The notes under the pieces: model-generated
Told to the model about the DNA's origin: nothing
The model's database searches: none
Seen by the model: the letters and a program-made list of their open reading frames with translations, nothing else
Translations under genes and position numbers: made by a program
Shown: piece after piece, positions 1 to 20,657 of the stretch
Layout of the letters: each line of letters opens with the position of its first letter
Numbering within the stretch: the stretch's first letter is position 1
From: the human T2T-CHM13v2.0 reference genome, Homo sapiens
Strand: one strand, 5' to 3'
DNA: 64,000 bases
Assembly (NCBI RefSeq): GCF_009914755.1
Contig: NC_060937.1

Positions 1-127
1 CTTTCTGAAATGTCTGAGTGCCCGGTAGTACAATGAATTTCTCTACTTCCACCCTAGGAAACGTTTCAAAGCCTCCAGTACTTCCAGTCTCAGTCTATAA
101 ACCCGAAGTGTCTCCACTGCACACAAA

Positions 128-360
128 GTTAAGAGCATAGGCTTTGGAGCCAGACTGCCTGGTTCACCCTGGACTCTGTCACTAGTTGTTAGGGACATTG
201 CTTGAACATCTGTGAGCCTCAATTTTCTCACCTATAAAATGGGGATAATAGTAATACTTACCTTGTATGGATGTCCTGTGGATTAATTACCTGAGTTAAT
301 ACATGTAAAGCACCTAGATGCCTGAAATATAATAGTGTTCAATCAATATTTACTATTATC
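128..360 (+). mobile_element. MIR SINE
   Basis: agcataggctttggagccagactgcctggttc...gagcctcaattttctcacctataaaatggggataata, the MIR core. Confidence 0.85.
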
Positions 361-1224
361 TTTACCAGAGAATAGTTAAGTCTACATGAGCCACAAGTGC
401 ATTGCAAAAGTCCAGTGGAATAGCAGAAAGGAATTACGGGATGTCCCAGTATTGCTGTTGTTTGACAGCATTGAAAAAATCATGCAAACTCTGTCTTTCT
501 ATTTTCCTGAACCTATAACACGTGGATGATTAGTTTCCTATTACAGTTAACAACTAATTGTAAAGTGCAGTTAATATGCAGTTTGAGGGCTTCTATTATT
601 TGTAGTTCTTACTCACTTGACTTAAGACAGGCTATTTTTTCTCCAACTGACTCAGTGCTCTACTCACTACTATTGTGCAATAAAGTTAGAGAAAGTACTG
701 AATCATTTCAAACCTGCTTATTGATACTAAGATCTCACCATGTAATGACACGAAAGATCTTAGTCACACATAAGGTAATGGTAGTGCAGTTGAGAATAAA
801 GGAAAGTGTCTTACTTCGTGAGCTGCACAAATGAGGTTCATCTTGTGATAATAATTCTCACAATAACTCTATGAAGTAAGGATTTTATAAAGTTGTCCTA
901 GGAAGTTCCCCTCCTATAGAAAGGAAAAGAAAACGGGGCCATTTTAGAAGACTACCTATCATATCTATCTGTAGGTATAAGTTTTTTCTGTCACCCCCCC
1001 AAAAAACATACAATTGTGCAATTAAGATGCATGAACTTATTGTTTTATTCCTTTTTCGGCTGTGCTTTCCATCTCTGTGTGGTGTGCTCCACTTTGGCTG
1101 GATTCTTGTCTCATTTCTTACAGTTCACTATTTTATTCTTTGCTATATTTATTCTGCTATTTGGTTTATCTAGTAGGCCCCTTATTTCAGTGATTATATT
1201 TTTTCTTTTCTTTTTTTCTTGTCT

Positions 1225-1911
<687 letters not shown>

Positions 1912-2647
1912 TAGCTCTAAGGTTTTTAATTATAGTCCAACTTAAAATCTTGTTTGCTCTATTGACTGTTTCCTTGGGCATTCATACTTATATTTATTGG
2001 GTTTGGTGCCTGTCTTTCACAGTGTTGGTTTTCCTTAAAAGTCTGGTGATTCTTGGCTTGCTGCTGGTCTCTGTGATTGCACAGCCCTGCTTGTGGATGA
2101 GCCAGGCCAGACACATCAAAACTAGCAGCCCATCCCTTCTTCCACCCCTCTTCTGGGTTACTACGTTCTGGAGCAATGCTTCTCAATCTTTTTTTCATTA
2201 TCACCCTCCTAAGGAAACTTTGTAGACATTTTTTTCCTAATCACCACCTCTCCTTCATGAAATGTCAGTACCACAGATGGGCTACATCTCTGTGTACATA
2301 CTGTGGCCTGTTGGAGCCACAGACTATAGCAATATTTAGGTTTTTTTGTTTTCTTTCCCCAAAATTTCCCACCCAAGACCTAAGTTTTGCCCTGGTGGGA
2401 GTAATATCACCTCCAGCTAAAAATCATGCTCTGAAGAACGTCCCTGTTTTTCTGCATTAACTGTCCTACCAGTAAATGTTATTTTTGCCTTCTGCTTCCA
2501 AAGCAGTTGACCAAAGAATTCTCCTCTTCCTTTATCCAATGCCTAGAACATAAGCTAAATCCAAAGCTTAGAACATGTGAACATTCTTACAACAACTCCT
2601 ACCTGTAAAGTCTCTGGTACACTAGGTTTTTTGTTATTTTGTTTTTT

Positions 2648-2790
2648 AAATTAATAGACTTTATTTTTTAGGGTAGTTTTAGGTTCAAAGCAAAATGGAG
2701 CTGAAATTACATAATCCACCCACTCCCACACACAGCCTCCACCACCAACATCCAGCAGCAGTTTGGTACATTTGTTATAATCTGCACTAG
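2648..2790 (-). mobile_element. L1MC-like 3' end fragment
   Basis: ttaatagactttattttttagggtagttttaggttc resembles an antisense L1MC terminus. Confidence 0.6.
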
Positions 2791-3249
2791 GCTTTACATT
2801 ACATTTTAAACTGAGGTTTGCTCTGTTAATCTGATAATATGCTTTCAATATTTCTGGAATTTAAAAAAAATTTAGATATACTGATAGCACATTTTGTTAT
2901 TTTCAAGCAATAGTATTAATTTTTCTCTCCTTCATAACTTTTTGCAAACTTAAGGCATTGGAGCAGGTGGGTAGAGAGACCCTTCTGCACAGTCCTCCAT
3001 TCCAATTTAATCTCCTAGAAAGATAGTTCTACCATGATAACAAAAAGCATGCAGAGAAGAGTGGGCAAGATTTAACTTTATAGACTATTGCTTTAAGTTG
3101 TACCGGAAGCCTCCAAGTTATAGCTCAGTGATTCTTCTAAATTCTAAACGGCAAGTAAATTATTCTTAACTAAATATTCCATGTTGTTAATCAATAGTAT
3201 CTACTAGCCTATACATGATAAAAGTAGGATGGTTCTATTTTTTGAGTTT

Positions 3250-4340
<1,091 letters not shown>

Positions 4341-4894
4341 TGTATTGTATTTATGATTTTTGGAGTTTGTGATACATTTAATTTATATAGTGTGTTAAAA
4401 TCATTTATTAGTACCATATATTTAAGCAAGTTCATAGAAAAAAGAACACAATGACCATTCAATTATATTTCTATTGTTCTCTATTCACGTCTAATCTGTC
4501 ATTATATATATATACCTGTTGCACAATTCTAGTACTTTATGCATACTATTTTTGTGTTGTTTTGTTAGTGTGTCCATTTACTTATAAGTTTACAAAGTTG
4601 CCATTTTTACTAGCCATATAATTATTAAACAATATGGAATCACCATGTTCACTAACTTCTTATTAGTATTTAGAATGCTTCCATATTTTTATATTATTTC
4701 AGAGTATGAATACTATCAAGAAGTGTTCAAAAAAACTTAAACCAATTTATAATGTACCTTCAGCCCTGCCAAACACTGTTCAAAATTTTTAATTCTTTTG
4801 GAGATTTTTAATTTAGCATTTTTTACATTGTTACTGCATTTTCCCATCTCACATCTGACTTCCTATCTGTATTGTCACATATATAAAAGTGTTT

Positions 4895-5409
4895 GTGGTA
4901 GAGTATATTCTTCCAATCTGTCTGCAGCAACCAAACAACCCACATGCTCTTCTTTGACACTCCTCTCATTCAGAAGTGAGATCTATGTTCTCCTTGATTC
5001 TGTCTGGTCTTGTGACTGACAGAACTGACACTGTGTGACCTCCAACTCTAGGTTATAAAATGCAAAACAACTTCTGCTTGGGTTCTTTTAATACCCTTGC
5101 TCTTGGAACTGGTCTACCATTCTGTAAGGAAGCCCAAGAAGCCAATGAGGAAGCCTAAGTGGAGCATAACCGAGGGCCCCAGCTTTCAGCCTAGGCTGTG
5201 CTGGGTAAGCAGCCAGCAGCAACTTGCTAGCCACATGGGTGAGTCATCTTGAAGGGATATCCTTCAGTGCCCAAACCAGCCACCCCCGATGATGCTGTGG
5301 GATAAGGCATCCTTGCTGAGCCTTGCCCAAATTAAAGATTGATGGGCAAGATAAATAAATAATTGTCTTTGTTGTAAACCACAGAATTTGGGGCTGGTTT
5401 GTTACTGAG
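4895..5409 (+). mobile_element. MLT1 (G/H-like) MaLR LTR, with its 3' tip displaced to 8199-8221
   Basis: ttgctgagccttgcccaaatt...ttggggctggtttgttac, continuing as cagcaatagataactgataca after the THE1 element. Confidence 0.8.
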
Positions 5410-8198
<2,789 letters not shown>

Positions 8199-8285
8199 CT
8201 CAGCAATAGATAACTGATACAGCATATATATGTGTTTTAACCACCTATTGAGTGCAATTTGGGATGTTGACATATATTTGTTTAA

Positions 8286-8595
<310 letters not shown>

Positions 8596-8639
8596 AATAG
8601 CCACTTAAAAAAAAAATCAGAGAGGAATAAAGAAGCAAG

Positions 8640-8885
8640 AGGCAGTCTAGCATAATGCATTAGAGCACTGGAATTACAGTGCCTGGAATTAGAGTCTAGA
8701 ATTTGACTGCCTGGGGTCTAATCCTGGCTCTGCCAATTACTAGCAAATTAACAGCAGATACTTTGTCATCTCCTAAATGGGGATGATAATGGTAACCACC
8801 TAATTAGAAGTACTGTAAAGATTAAATTAGTTAGTATATATAAAGAATTTAGTCCAATGTCCAACCTATAATAAATACCAAATAA
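8640..8885 (+). mobile_element. MIR SINE
   Basis: taatcctggctctgccaattactagc...aaatggggatgataatggtaaccacc. Confidence 0.7.
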
Positions 8886-9424
8886 ATCCCATTTAAGAGT
8901 TAACCATTCCTAGCAGTTACATATTTTCATATAAATTCTGTATTTTGTTGCTTTCTCTTTTTAAAATTGCATTAAGACATATACGGTTTCTTTATTTTTA
9001 TACTTTGTATCAGTTAAGATTCTGTGTAGTACAATATTAGGAAACCAAATAAAGACTGATTTAAAGAAGAAGGAATTGTCTTAACTCAGTTAATAAGAGG
9101 TCTGAACAGGGCAAAATCTGCAGTTGCTCAATATATCCTTTCAGTAATGCCATCATACACCAAGTTCTATCCAGCTCTTAGATTTGCAAATATTGGTAGC
9201 AAAGTGGCTAAGTAATCCCAAGCATCATATCCAGATATGGCAAAGTCTAGAGGAAGAAGGGACTATCTCCTCCTTGTAGGTACCCAATACAGAAACAAAT
9301 ACGTGGCAATATAATTGGACTGGAATGAGTGTTTGAACATCCACCACAATGCCCACTGAACACTTTCAAGCATATACATCTTGTTTCTGGTAATATGCCC
9401 CATTTTATCGATAGTTCTGATTCC

Positions 9425-9730
9425 GGCTGGGCGTGGTGGTTTGCACCTTTAAGCCTATCGCTTTAGGAGGCCAAGGTGGGTGGATAGATTGAGCCCAGGA
9501 GCTCAAGACCAGCCTGGGCAACATGGCAAAACCCCGTCGCTACAAAGAAAATTACAAAAAATTAGCTGGGCATGGTGGCATGTGCCTGTAGTCCCAGCTA
9601 CTCATGAGGCTGAGCGGGGAGGATCACCTGAGGCTGGGAGGTCATGGCTTCAGTGAGCTGTGATAGCACCACAGCACTCCAGCCTGGGCAACAGAGTGAG
9701 ACCCTGTCTCAAAAAAAAAAAAAAGAAAGA
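9425..9730 (+). mobile_element. AluJ-like
   Basis: ggctgggcgtggtgg...gagaccctgtctc followed by poly-A. Confidence 0.93.
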
Positions 9731-10325
9731 AATTCATCTTCTACAAACCAATTTGTTCTTCAATACAGAGTATCATCAACATCCAATTATAATTAATAAC
9801 AAAGATGACCAGTTGGATATAAGATACTGCTTCAAGCTTTTGCAAAAGTCAATAATACCACTAAGGTTATTTAATCATCCAGTTTTTTATTCACTTGTGC
9901 CTTGTAGGTGTTACAAGTAATTTTATATGGAACTCCCCAAATAGTGAAAAATGTAGATTGTCTCTGAAAAACTGCAGGCTTTAAAATTGCTAATATTTTC
10001 TATTCTTTTTAAATAAAGATCTCCTTTATTTGAACTCATAGCATTTATAATCTATACTATATGACTATCTTCTGTTTTGTAGAGTTTCTATTTATGTCAC
10101 TTGTGTATGAGTCTTTTCTTCCAACCATATTTGTCTTTTACTTCAAGGCAGAGGTTGTGTTTCACACTTCCTTTGTTTTGTTGCTGCAACTTGGACAGAG
10201 CTCAGCACAGAGCAGGTGCTCAAAATAAGCACTTATTAGTTAGTGTTCTCCAAGTCGTCCAGTGATGACTCCTAGTATATATATTGAGTGTTACTATGTA
10301 TGTGAGAGAGAACAGAGTGCATGCC

Positions 10326-10515
10326 TATAGTAGGCTGAATGATGATCCCAAAGATATAAGGTTCTAATCCCTAGAAACTATAAACATTACCTTACATAGA
10401 AGAAGGGTCTTTGCAGATGTGATTAAGAATCTTGACATGGGGAGATTATCCAGGATTATCCAGTGAGCTGTAAATGTCATTATAAATGTCCTTATAAGAG
10501 AGAAGGAGAGGGAGA

Positions 10516-10583
<68 letters not shown>

Positions 10584-10889
10584 ACAGAGAGAGAGAGAGA
10601 GAGATTGAGAGAGAGAGGATGATGTGAAGGAGCAGAGAAAAATTTGAAGATGGAGTGAATGAAGTGATAAAGCCACAAACCAAAGAATGTCAGAAACTGG
10701 AAAAGGCAGAGAACAGATTCTCACCTGGAGCATCTGGAGGGAGGACAGCTCTGCCAGTACCTTGATTTCTGCCTGGTGACACTGATTTAGGACTTCTTGC
10801 CTCCAGAACTGTGAGAGAATAAATTTCAGTTGTTTTAAGCCACAAAATTTGTGATAATTTGTTAGAGCAGCCATAGGAATCCTAACACA
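10326..10889 (+). mobile_element. MLT1 (C/D-like) solo LTR
   Basis: gggtctttgcagatgtgattaag...cctccagaactgtgagagaataaatttcagttgttttaagccac. Confidence 0.9.
10516..10617. repeat. Compound microsatellite (TC)n(AC)n(AG)n
   Basis: Read directly from sequence. Confidence 0.97.
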
Positions 10890-12585
10890 ATGCCAATCAA
10901 CAATATATTTTATTATTGGGAGGTTTAAGAATCATGCATCTGGGGTCTTCTGGATCCCTATCTGTCTTCCAATTCCGACCTAATGGCACCATTACAAGTC
11001 AATTCCACTGTAGACTGTATAAAGGAAGCCACTCTGCAACACCTTTCAACACATGTTATCAGTCATATTGAGTAATTTCTCAAGGAGGCCCAATAATATC
11101 TAGACCAGCAGGCATTTCCACCCACTGCTCTACTAATGCCATATAGGTTGGTTTCTTCCTCTCAAATTCTCTGATCTCTCAGCTGACTATAGGCTTTAGC
11201 GGTGCCCTGTGTGATGACAGCAGGGTTTTGGATATAGTAAGTAGGAGCCACTTTTGGTATCTAATAGGAAACAAAAGGATCTATGGAATTGACCCATTGG
11301 TAAAGTGAGATTGCCTTCAAACCCACAAGAAAACTCCACTAGCTTCCTAAATAAAATTTGCTTTCATTTTCAAATTAAGAAGAATATAGAAATGCCCTAG
11401 TTTCAATAAAACCTGAGTTGAACACAACTTCCTGCCTACAAAATGCCAATCGAATGAAAGCTGAAGGTGGAATTGGCTATACAGGGACGGCATGCCATTC
11501 CTCTGCTCACACTGGACAGAGCATCTTTGTGTCTAGGTCACTCTAGAACCAGCTGGGGGCCTAGGGGCACTGGAGATAGATGCAAGGGCTTTACCGTTGT
11601 TCAACCACTTTTTAAAAATGGTTTGTTTTGGTTTGTTTTGTTTTGAAAACCAGGAAAGCAGTCTGCCTTTCCAAGGTCATTAGCTCCATCACAGGCCTCT
11701 TCTTTTCACAACCATATTGTTTTGTTTTCTCTAACCTGGAAGACGACTCAACCACAAATGTAATGTTTATCTTTCAAAATAGCAGCTGAAAAAAAAGTAC
11801 AGGATGTGTGAGACTAAAAACACTCTTTCGGCTTCCTCTACTTTTTTTGTGACTTTCCTCGGGTTCCTCCCTGAGGAAGAGTCTGCTATATATAAGTAAT
11901 ATTCTTCATTTGGCTTAGTGGTGCTCTAAATGAGAGCAGCGTAACCTCAGGAACACAAGCTTGTCTGCTCTGTATCTGTTGGCAGGCACGGGGTGAACTG
12001 CAGTTTAGCAATGATTTCTCACCACCTTGTCTTCCTCATTATTTAATGACTCCAAGTGTATGCATCTTGACTTCTCTCCACAGTTGTTTGAAAATACCAT
12101 TTGACCATGGACACCAGAGCTTCTGAAATACTGGCTTTCCCTTGGGTACTCAATAAGAAAAACTTCTTAGAAATCTGTCTTCAACCAACTGAGCTGTTTA
12201 TTTTCTTCTTGGGTGCATTCCATTAGACAACAGGATTTATTAGTTCAAATTCCTGTTTCACAGAACGACTTGTTCTTAATGACATGTGTCCTTTCTTCTA
12301 CTTCCCATACCCCACGCCCTCTCTGCCCAATTTCTCTCTTCCTTTATGTCTGTATCTTTGCACAGTCTTCTGCAGCCACCCACTTACTCGCCATTAACAA
12401 GGAACCTTTTTCATCTCCATGATGATGAACGTGATTTTTATAAAGTGAATAGGTAATGTGGCAAAGGTTTTTAAACAGTGAATTGAATTGCTTTTGATTA
12501 AATACCATTAAGACTCCAAGTTTGCAGTATGTATGTGTTTGTTTCTGTTATACACAGTCCAATTCTTCATAAAACTAACGCTGGG

Positions 12586-12899
<314 letters not shown>

Positions 12900-14075
12900 T
12901 CAGAATGATAGTTGTGCAATTTCTTAGTAATGACTATAACGCAATGTTTTACTATGCCTCCAAGAGTATCCTTTTTCCTTGCAAAACGTAGTTTCACTTT
13001 CAGAAAGAGACGAATATCAAAGTTTAAAAATGGATCAAGCCAAAAAAAAGGAAAAACTAGTTAAGATATACATGAAACAGCAGGCTCCCTCAATAGTATG
13101 ACCCATAGTACTAAAGACAAAGGCATTAAAAGAGTCAAGTGGGACAAATACTAACAGTGCATAGCTACACTGAGGTATTATTCCCCTCATTTAGTGACTC
13201 ACTGGACTTTAACTGAGACTAGACTACTTGAAGAAGTTTCTGACTGTATGGGTATTTCTTGAAACACTAGCGATTTTTGTTTCTTTTCTGTTGAGTAGAG
13301 GTTTATTTGCAGTTCCATGTAATTTTATTCTCTTAGGGAATGTCTTATTGTGTTCATTCCTCTAATCCTTCTATGCCTAAAAAATGGCCCCCTGAGCGTT
13401 TAGAAAGGGAAGGGAGGTACTGACTATTTTCTATTCCTTAGCTATTTTCACTGGTGAAACCAAAAGCAGACTACTTCCTTAGTATATCTTTTAGCATCTG
13501 ATCAGATTCTCTTTTATAATTTTTTTTCCCCTCTGTGTGTGGTCTCTTAAAGCAAATGGCAGTTAAACATGCTATTTCTGCTTTAGGTCATGCACTTTCT
13601 CTAAGATGGAATTTACAGGCCTTTTATGCTGTGCAATCAACCAAACCCAAGTATCCCAAGGAGAAACTTCCATGTTTCTCTCTACATATAAATATACTAT
13701 ATTTATATAATATACTATATTATGTATAATATAGTATACTTAACATGCTGAATTTCCCTTGGCCTTCCAAAGGTATATCTTGACACTGTGCTTATTTTTA
13801 TCTAAAACCTCCTCTAAGGAAAACTTTAAAAATTCAAAAAGGAGTTTTTATGTAAATATTTGTATCTTTGTTCTCTGGAATTTTAATAAATCAAACCTTT
13901 CCTCCCTTTTCTGAAAATAAGCCAGAGGAAAAGCAGATGAAAGATTATACAGAAACAGTCTTTTTAGATGCTTTCTGACTCAAAGTACGAATTTATCTTG
14001 GTTATATGTTCTCACTGTAATTCAATAATTCCAAGCACAAGGAAGTTGATTATACCAGATTCAAAGTAAAAATCT

Positions 14076-14703
<628 letters not shown>

Positions 14704-15999
14704 ATGCATTTCTCATATTCTTTCACAAGTAGGTTAAATTAGCCTGGAACCCAGGCAGATTTGGGAATAAAATAATCCCCTTTGTATTGAAGTGTGCTGT
14801 AGGAAGCCATCCATAATGGGAGGGGTCTCAAACATACTTCTTTCAGGCCTCATTTGGTTCCAGGCATGGGTCACCCAGCACAGTTCATTTCATATACTTT
14901 CATCCCACCTGGAGCTCCTTTAGTTATAACCTCCCAATTTGCTTTACAGCTATCACTTCACTAAGGGGACACATTTGTTTAATAGTCTCTTCTTCAACAT
15001 CAAAACAAATCTTTAGAAATTTTAAAACAGGAAGTATTGGGGCAGAACCCAGGAGAACAAATTCATTGCATCAACCCAAAGATCTTGCAGTTTTCACCAA
15101 GTTTGAGATACGTACCTTTCAAGTACAAGCAATACCCCCGCATTCCCTAGGTAATGATTCAAGGAGTCTGGACAACACAGACTCACTGTGCCACTCACTT
15201 CTAAGGGTTTGTCAATAACTCATTGTAAGGCCTTTCCCGGTCTATGTGTCTACTAAGGGCTGGGAATATGGGGGATGGGTTTAACTAGGCATAGTCTATC
15301 ATGTTGGACTAGGAAATGATCCCAGAGTTAATAGAAAACAGTCTCAACAGTATCTATGGCTAGGTTGCATACCACCCAGAAGCCAGGAAGACTAAATGTG
15401 GGATAAAGCTCTTACTGTTTCAATCCCATTAATTATGTTGCTTTATGAATGTTTTTCTTGCTTAATAACTATTGCCAGATGCAATGTGTCTTGGGGTTTC
15501 AAATTGGAAAGATCACTTTAGTGTCTGACCACCTATAGCTGCCATTGACCACAGCTCTTCTGGAGATAAAAATAGTTCAAGTTTTCCTTGATTTTTTCAG
15601 TATATTTGTTAAATGATCATAAGAAAAGTAATTTTGTTGTGGCTCAAAAAAAAAAAACAAACGAAGTCTGTCTAAATAAGCATGATCTTCCCATTAGACT
15701 GGGTTGCAATCTATCCTTGGACTAGGCAGAAAAAGAACTATCAGAAGTCATCTTAAAGCCTTTTTTTTTTTTTCCAGTTCTTTGATTCTATTAGCTAGAA
15801 CATTGTTTGAACACAAGGCAAAGTCTTCTGGCTATTAAGTCTGAGAAGATGAGACTTCAAATTTATGGTTTTCAGAAATTTGAGTTTCCCATGCCAGCCA
15901 AGTTTGTTTTTTGATTTCCTGACCAGCACTTTTTTTTCCTATTTTGACTTAGATTTAAATTGCACATATGCCTTAGATATAATAAGTATTTACAAAATA

Positions 16000-16356
16000 C
16001 AGTCATCTCTCAGTATCCATGAGGGACTGGTTCCAGGACTCCCCTCAGATACCAAAATCCACAGACGCTCAAGTCCCTTATATAAAATGGCATAGTATTT
16101 GCATATAACCTACGCACATCCTCCTATATACTTTAAATTATCTCTAGATTACTTATAATACAAAATACAATGTAACTGTTATATAAATTATTATACTGTA
16201 TTGTTTAGAAAACCATGACAAGAAAAAAGGTGTGTACATGTTCAGTACAGGCACAACCATCCTTTTTTTTTTTCAAATATTTTTGACCCCTGGTTGGTTG
16301 AATCCATGGATGCAAAACCCACAGATACAGAATACATAGATATGCGGTGTCAACTG
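16000..16356. mobile_element. MER2 (TcMar-Tigger MITE)
   Basis: ta|cagtcatctctcagtatccatgagggactggttccaggac...caactg termini. Confidence 0.88.
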
Positions 16357-17666
16357 TCCAAGATATAACATACAAAAATATTTAGAGATGTGGTATATCA
16401 TGTATATATTTAAAGATGTGGTATATCATATAACCATGGTTAGTCTATGTCAGTCTTTCTCGTAAGGGTTCTGGGCAAAATTTTAAAGTTAGTTAACAAT
16501 TAGATTTATCAAATGTTTCCAGGAAATAAGGTACATTTTCATACGTTCCACTGATGAAAGCATCCACACTTTAAAAGATATTTTCAGAGTCTAGGTTAAG
16601 TGATAACCTTTTCTTTTTTCATTAAAGTGCCATAATGTTAAATAATTCATAGCAACTCACATAAAGTTACCATTGCTTTTGTCCTAGCTCTGGGGAAAAG
16701 GTTAAAAAAAAGAAAAGAAAAGAAAAAAAAATATTTAGGGATCACATGAGGACTTTAAATTAGATCTTAGGGTAATTGATACATCTTTAAAAATCAAGAT
16801 TAGATGGAATCTGCCTTCAGGAACCTTTATGTGTCCTACTACATATGTGTCAGGTTTATCTCATTTTAGAAAAATGGGGAAAAAAGAAAATGGTACTTTG
16901 GAAATTTGATCAATCTTCTAAGAAACCCACTGAAAGAAATTTCTTCTTACTAACTTAATATTCCTCTTTTGTTATAACAAAATTTGCTACATGCTTTCTC
17001 TATCTTAATTAATGATTTTGATAAAGATAATAAGCAAGGCAGATTCCTACACTAAACGCTGGAAAGAACAGAGTGGAGAGAGTACATGAGAGATATAAGG
17101 TTGGCTTGGTGGGATGTCACCACGCAAGGTTATGGAAGGCCTTAAGAAACGTATAGAGGAGTTTAGATCACACACACACACACGCACGCACACCCCCGCC
17201 ACATATTATAAATGCAATCATGCTAAATATTAGTGTCTCCTCCTACAATCCTTGTTGTCAAAAGAATGGCTATGACAACATCAATGCCTTTATGCCATTT
17301 GCCTGGAAGTTCAAAGCCTTCCTGGATGAAGCCCAGTAGGACACTTGGTAAGGTTCAACCAAAGGAGGACAGATTTTTACAATGTTCTGCCAGCCTTGGT
17401 GCATATGTCTTTTATGTCACTTGACTTATAAATACAAGTACTGTTTATTAGACATTGTTATTAGTAATGCTGGATTTATTTGGTATTCTTTCTTCCAACA
17501 TAAATAAAAGGGCATTAGAATCTTATCTCATTTATCCTCATAAAAAAGGAGAGAAGCTATTTGAACTTCTCTTTCTGCTTCTGGTGTTTCCTCCTTTCCC
17601 ACTCACTCAGAAAGCCAGATCAATCTTTATAGAGCAGCCTTTTATTTTAAAAACTGATATTTGCAT

Positions 17667-18094
<428 letters not shown>

Positions 18095-18457
18095 TTACTC
18101 AGCATACACCCTCAGCCTGAGTGGGGCTTCTCTCCTCTTGCCTCAGTCCTCTTTCCTGGTCTCAGTTCTCTTCTTCATGCTCTTCCCTCCACTCAGGCTC
18201 TTCTTCCATTTCCTTTGTCTTTGCCTAAACCCTTTCCATTTCTCCAACTAAAATTTTGTCTCTTCTGTGAAACCTTACCAGGCTGCTCCAGCTCAGTCTA
18301 GACTCCAATATCATGCTATAAACAGTTGGTTTATTTGCAGAGTATTACCAGTGAAAATATGAAGCATGGTGAGGTTCAGACAAGACAAGGGTCTGAGTCC
18401 TCTGAGTGGGTTCTATCCATTCAACCACCAACCTTTGTGCATTTCTCTCTCTTTCAT

Positions 18458-20657
<2,200 letters not shown>

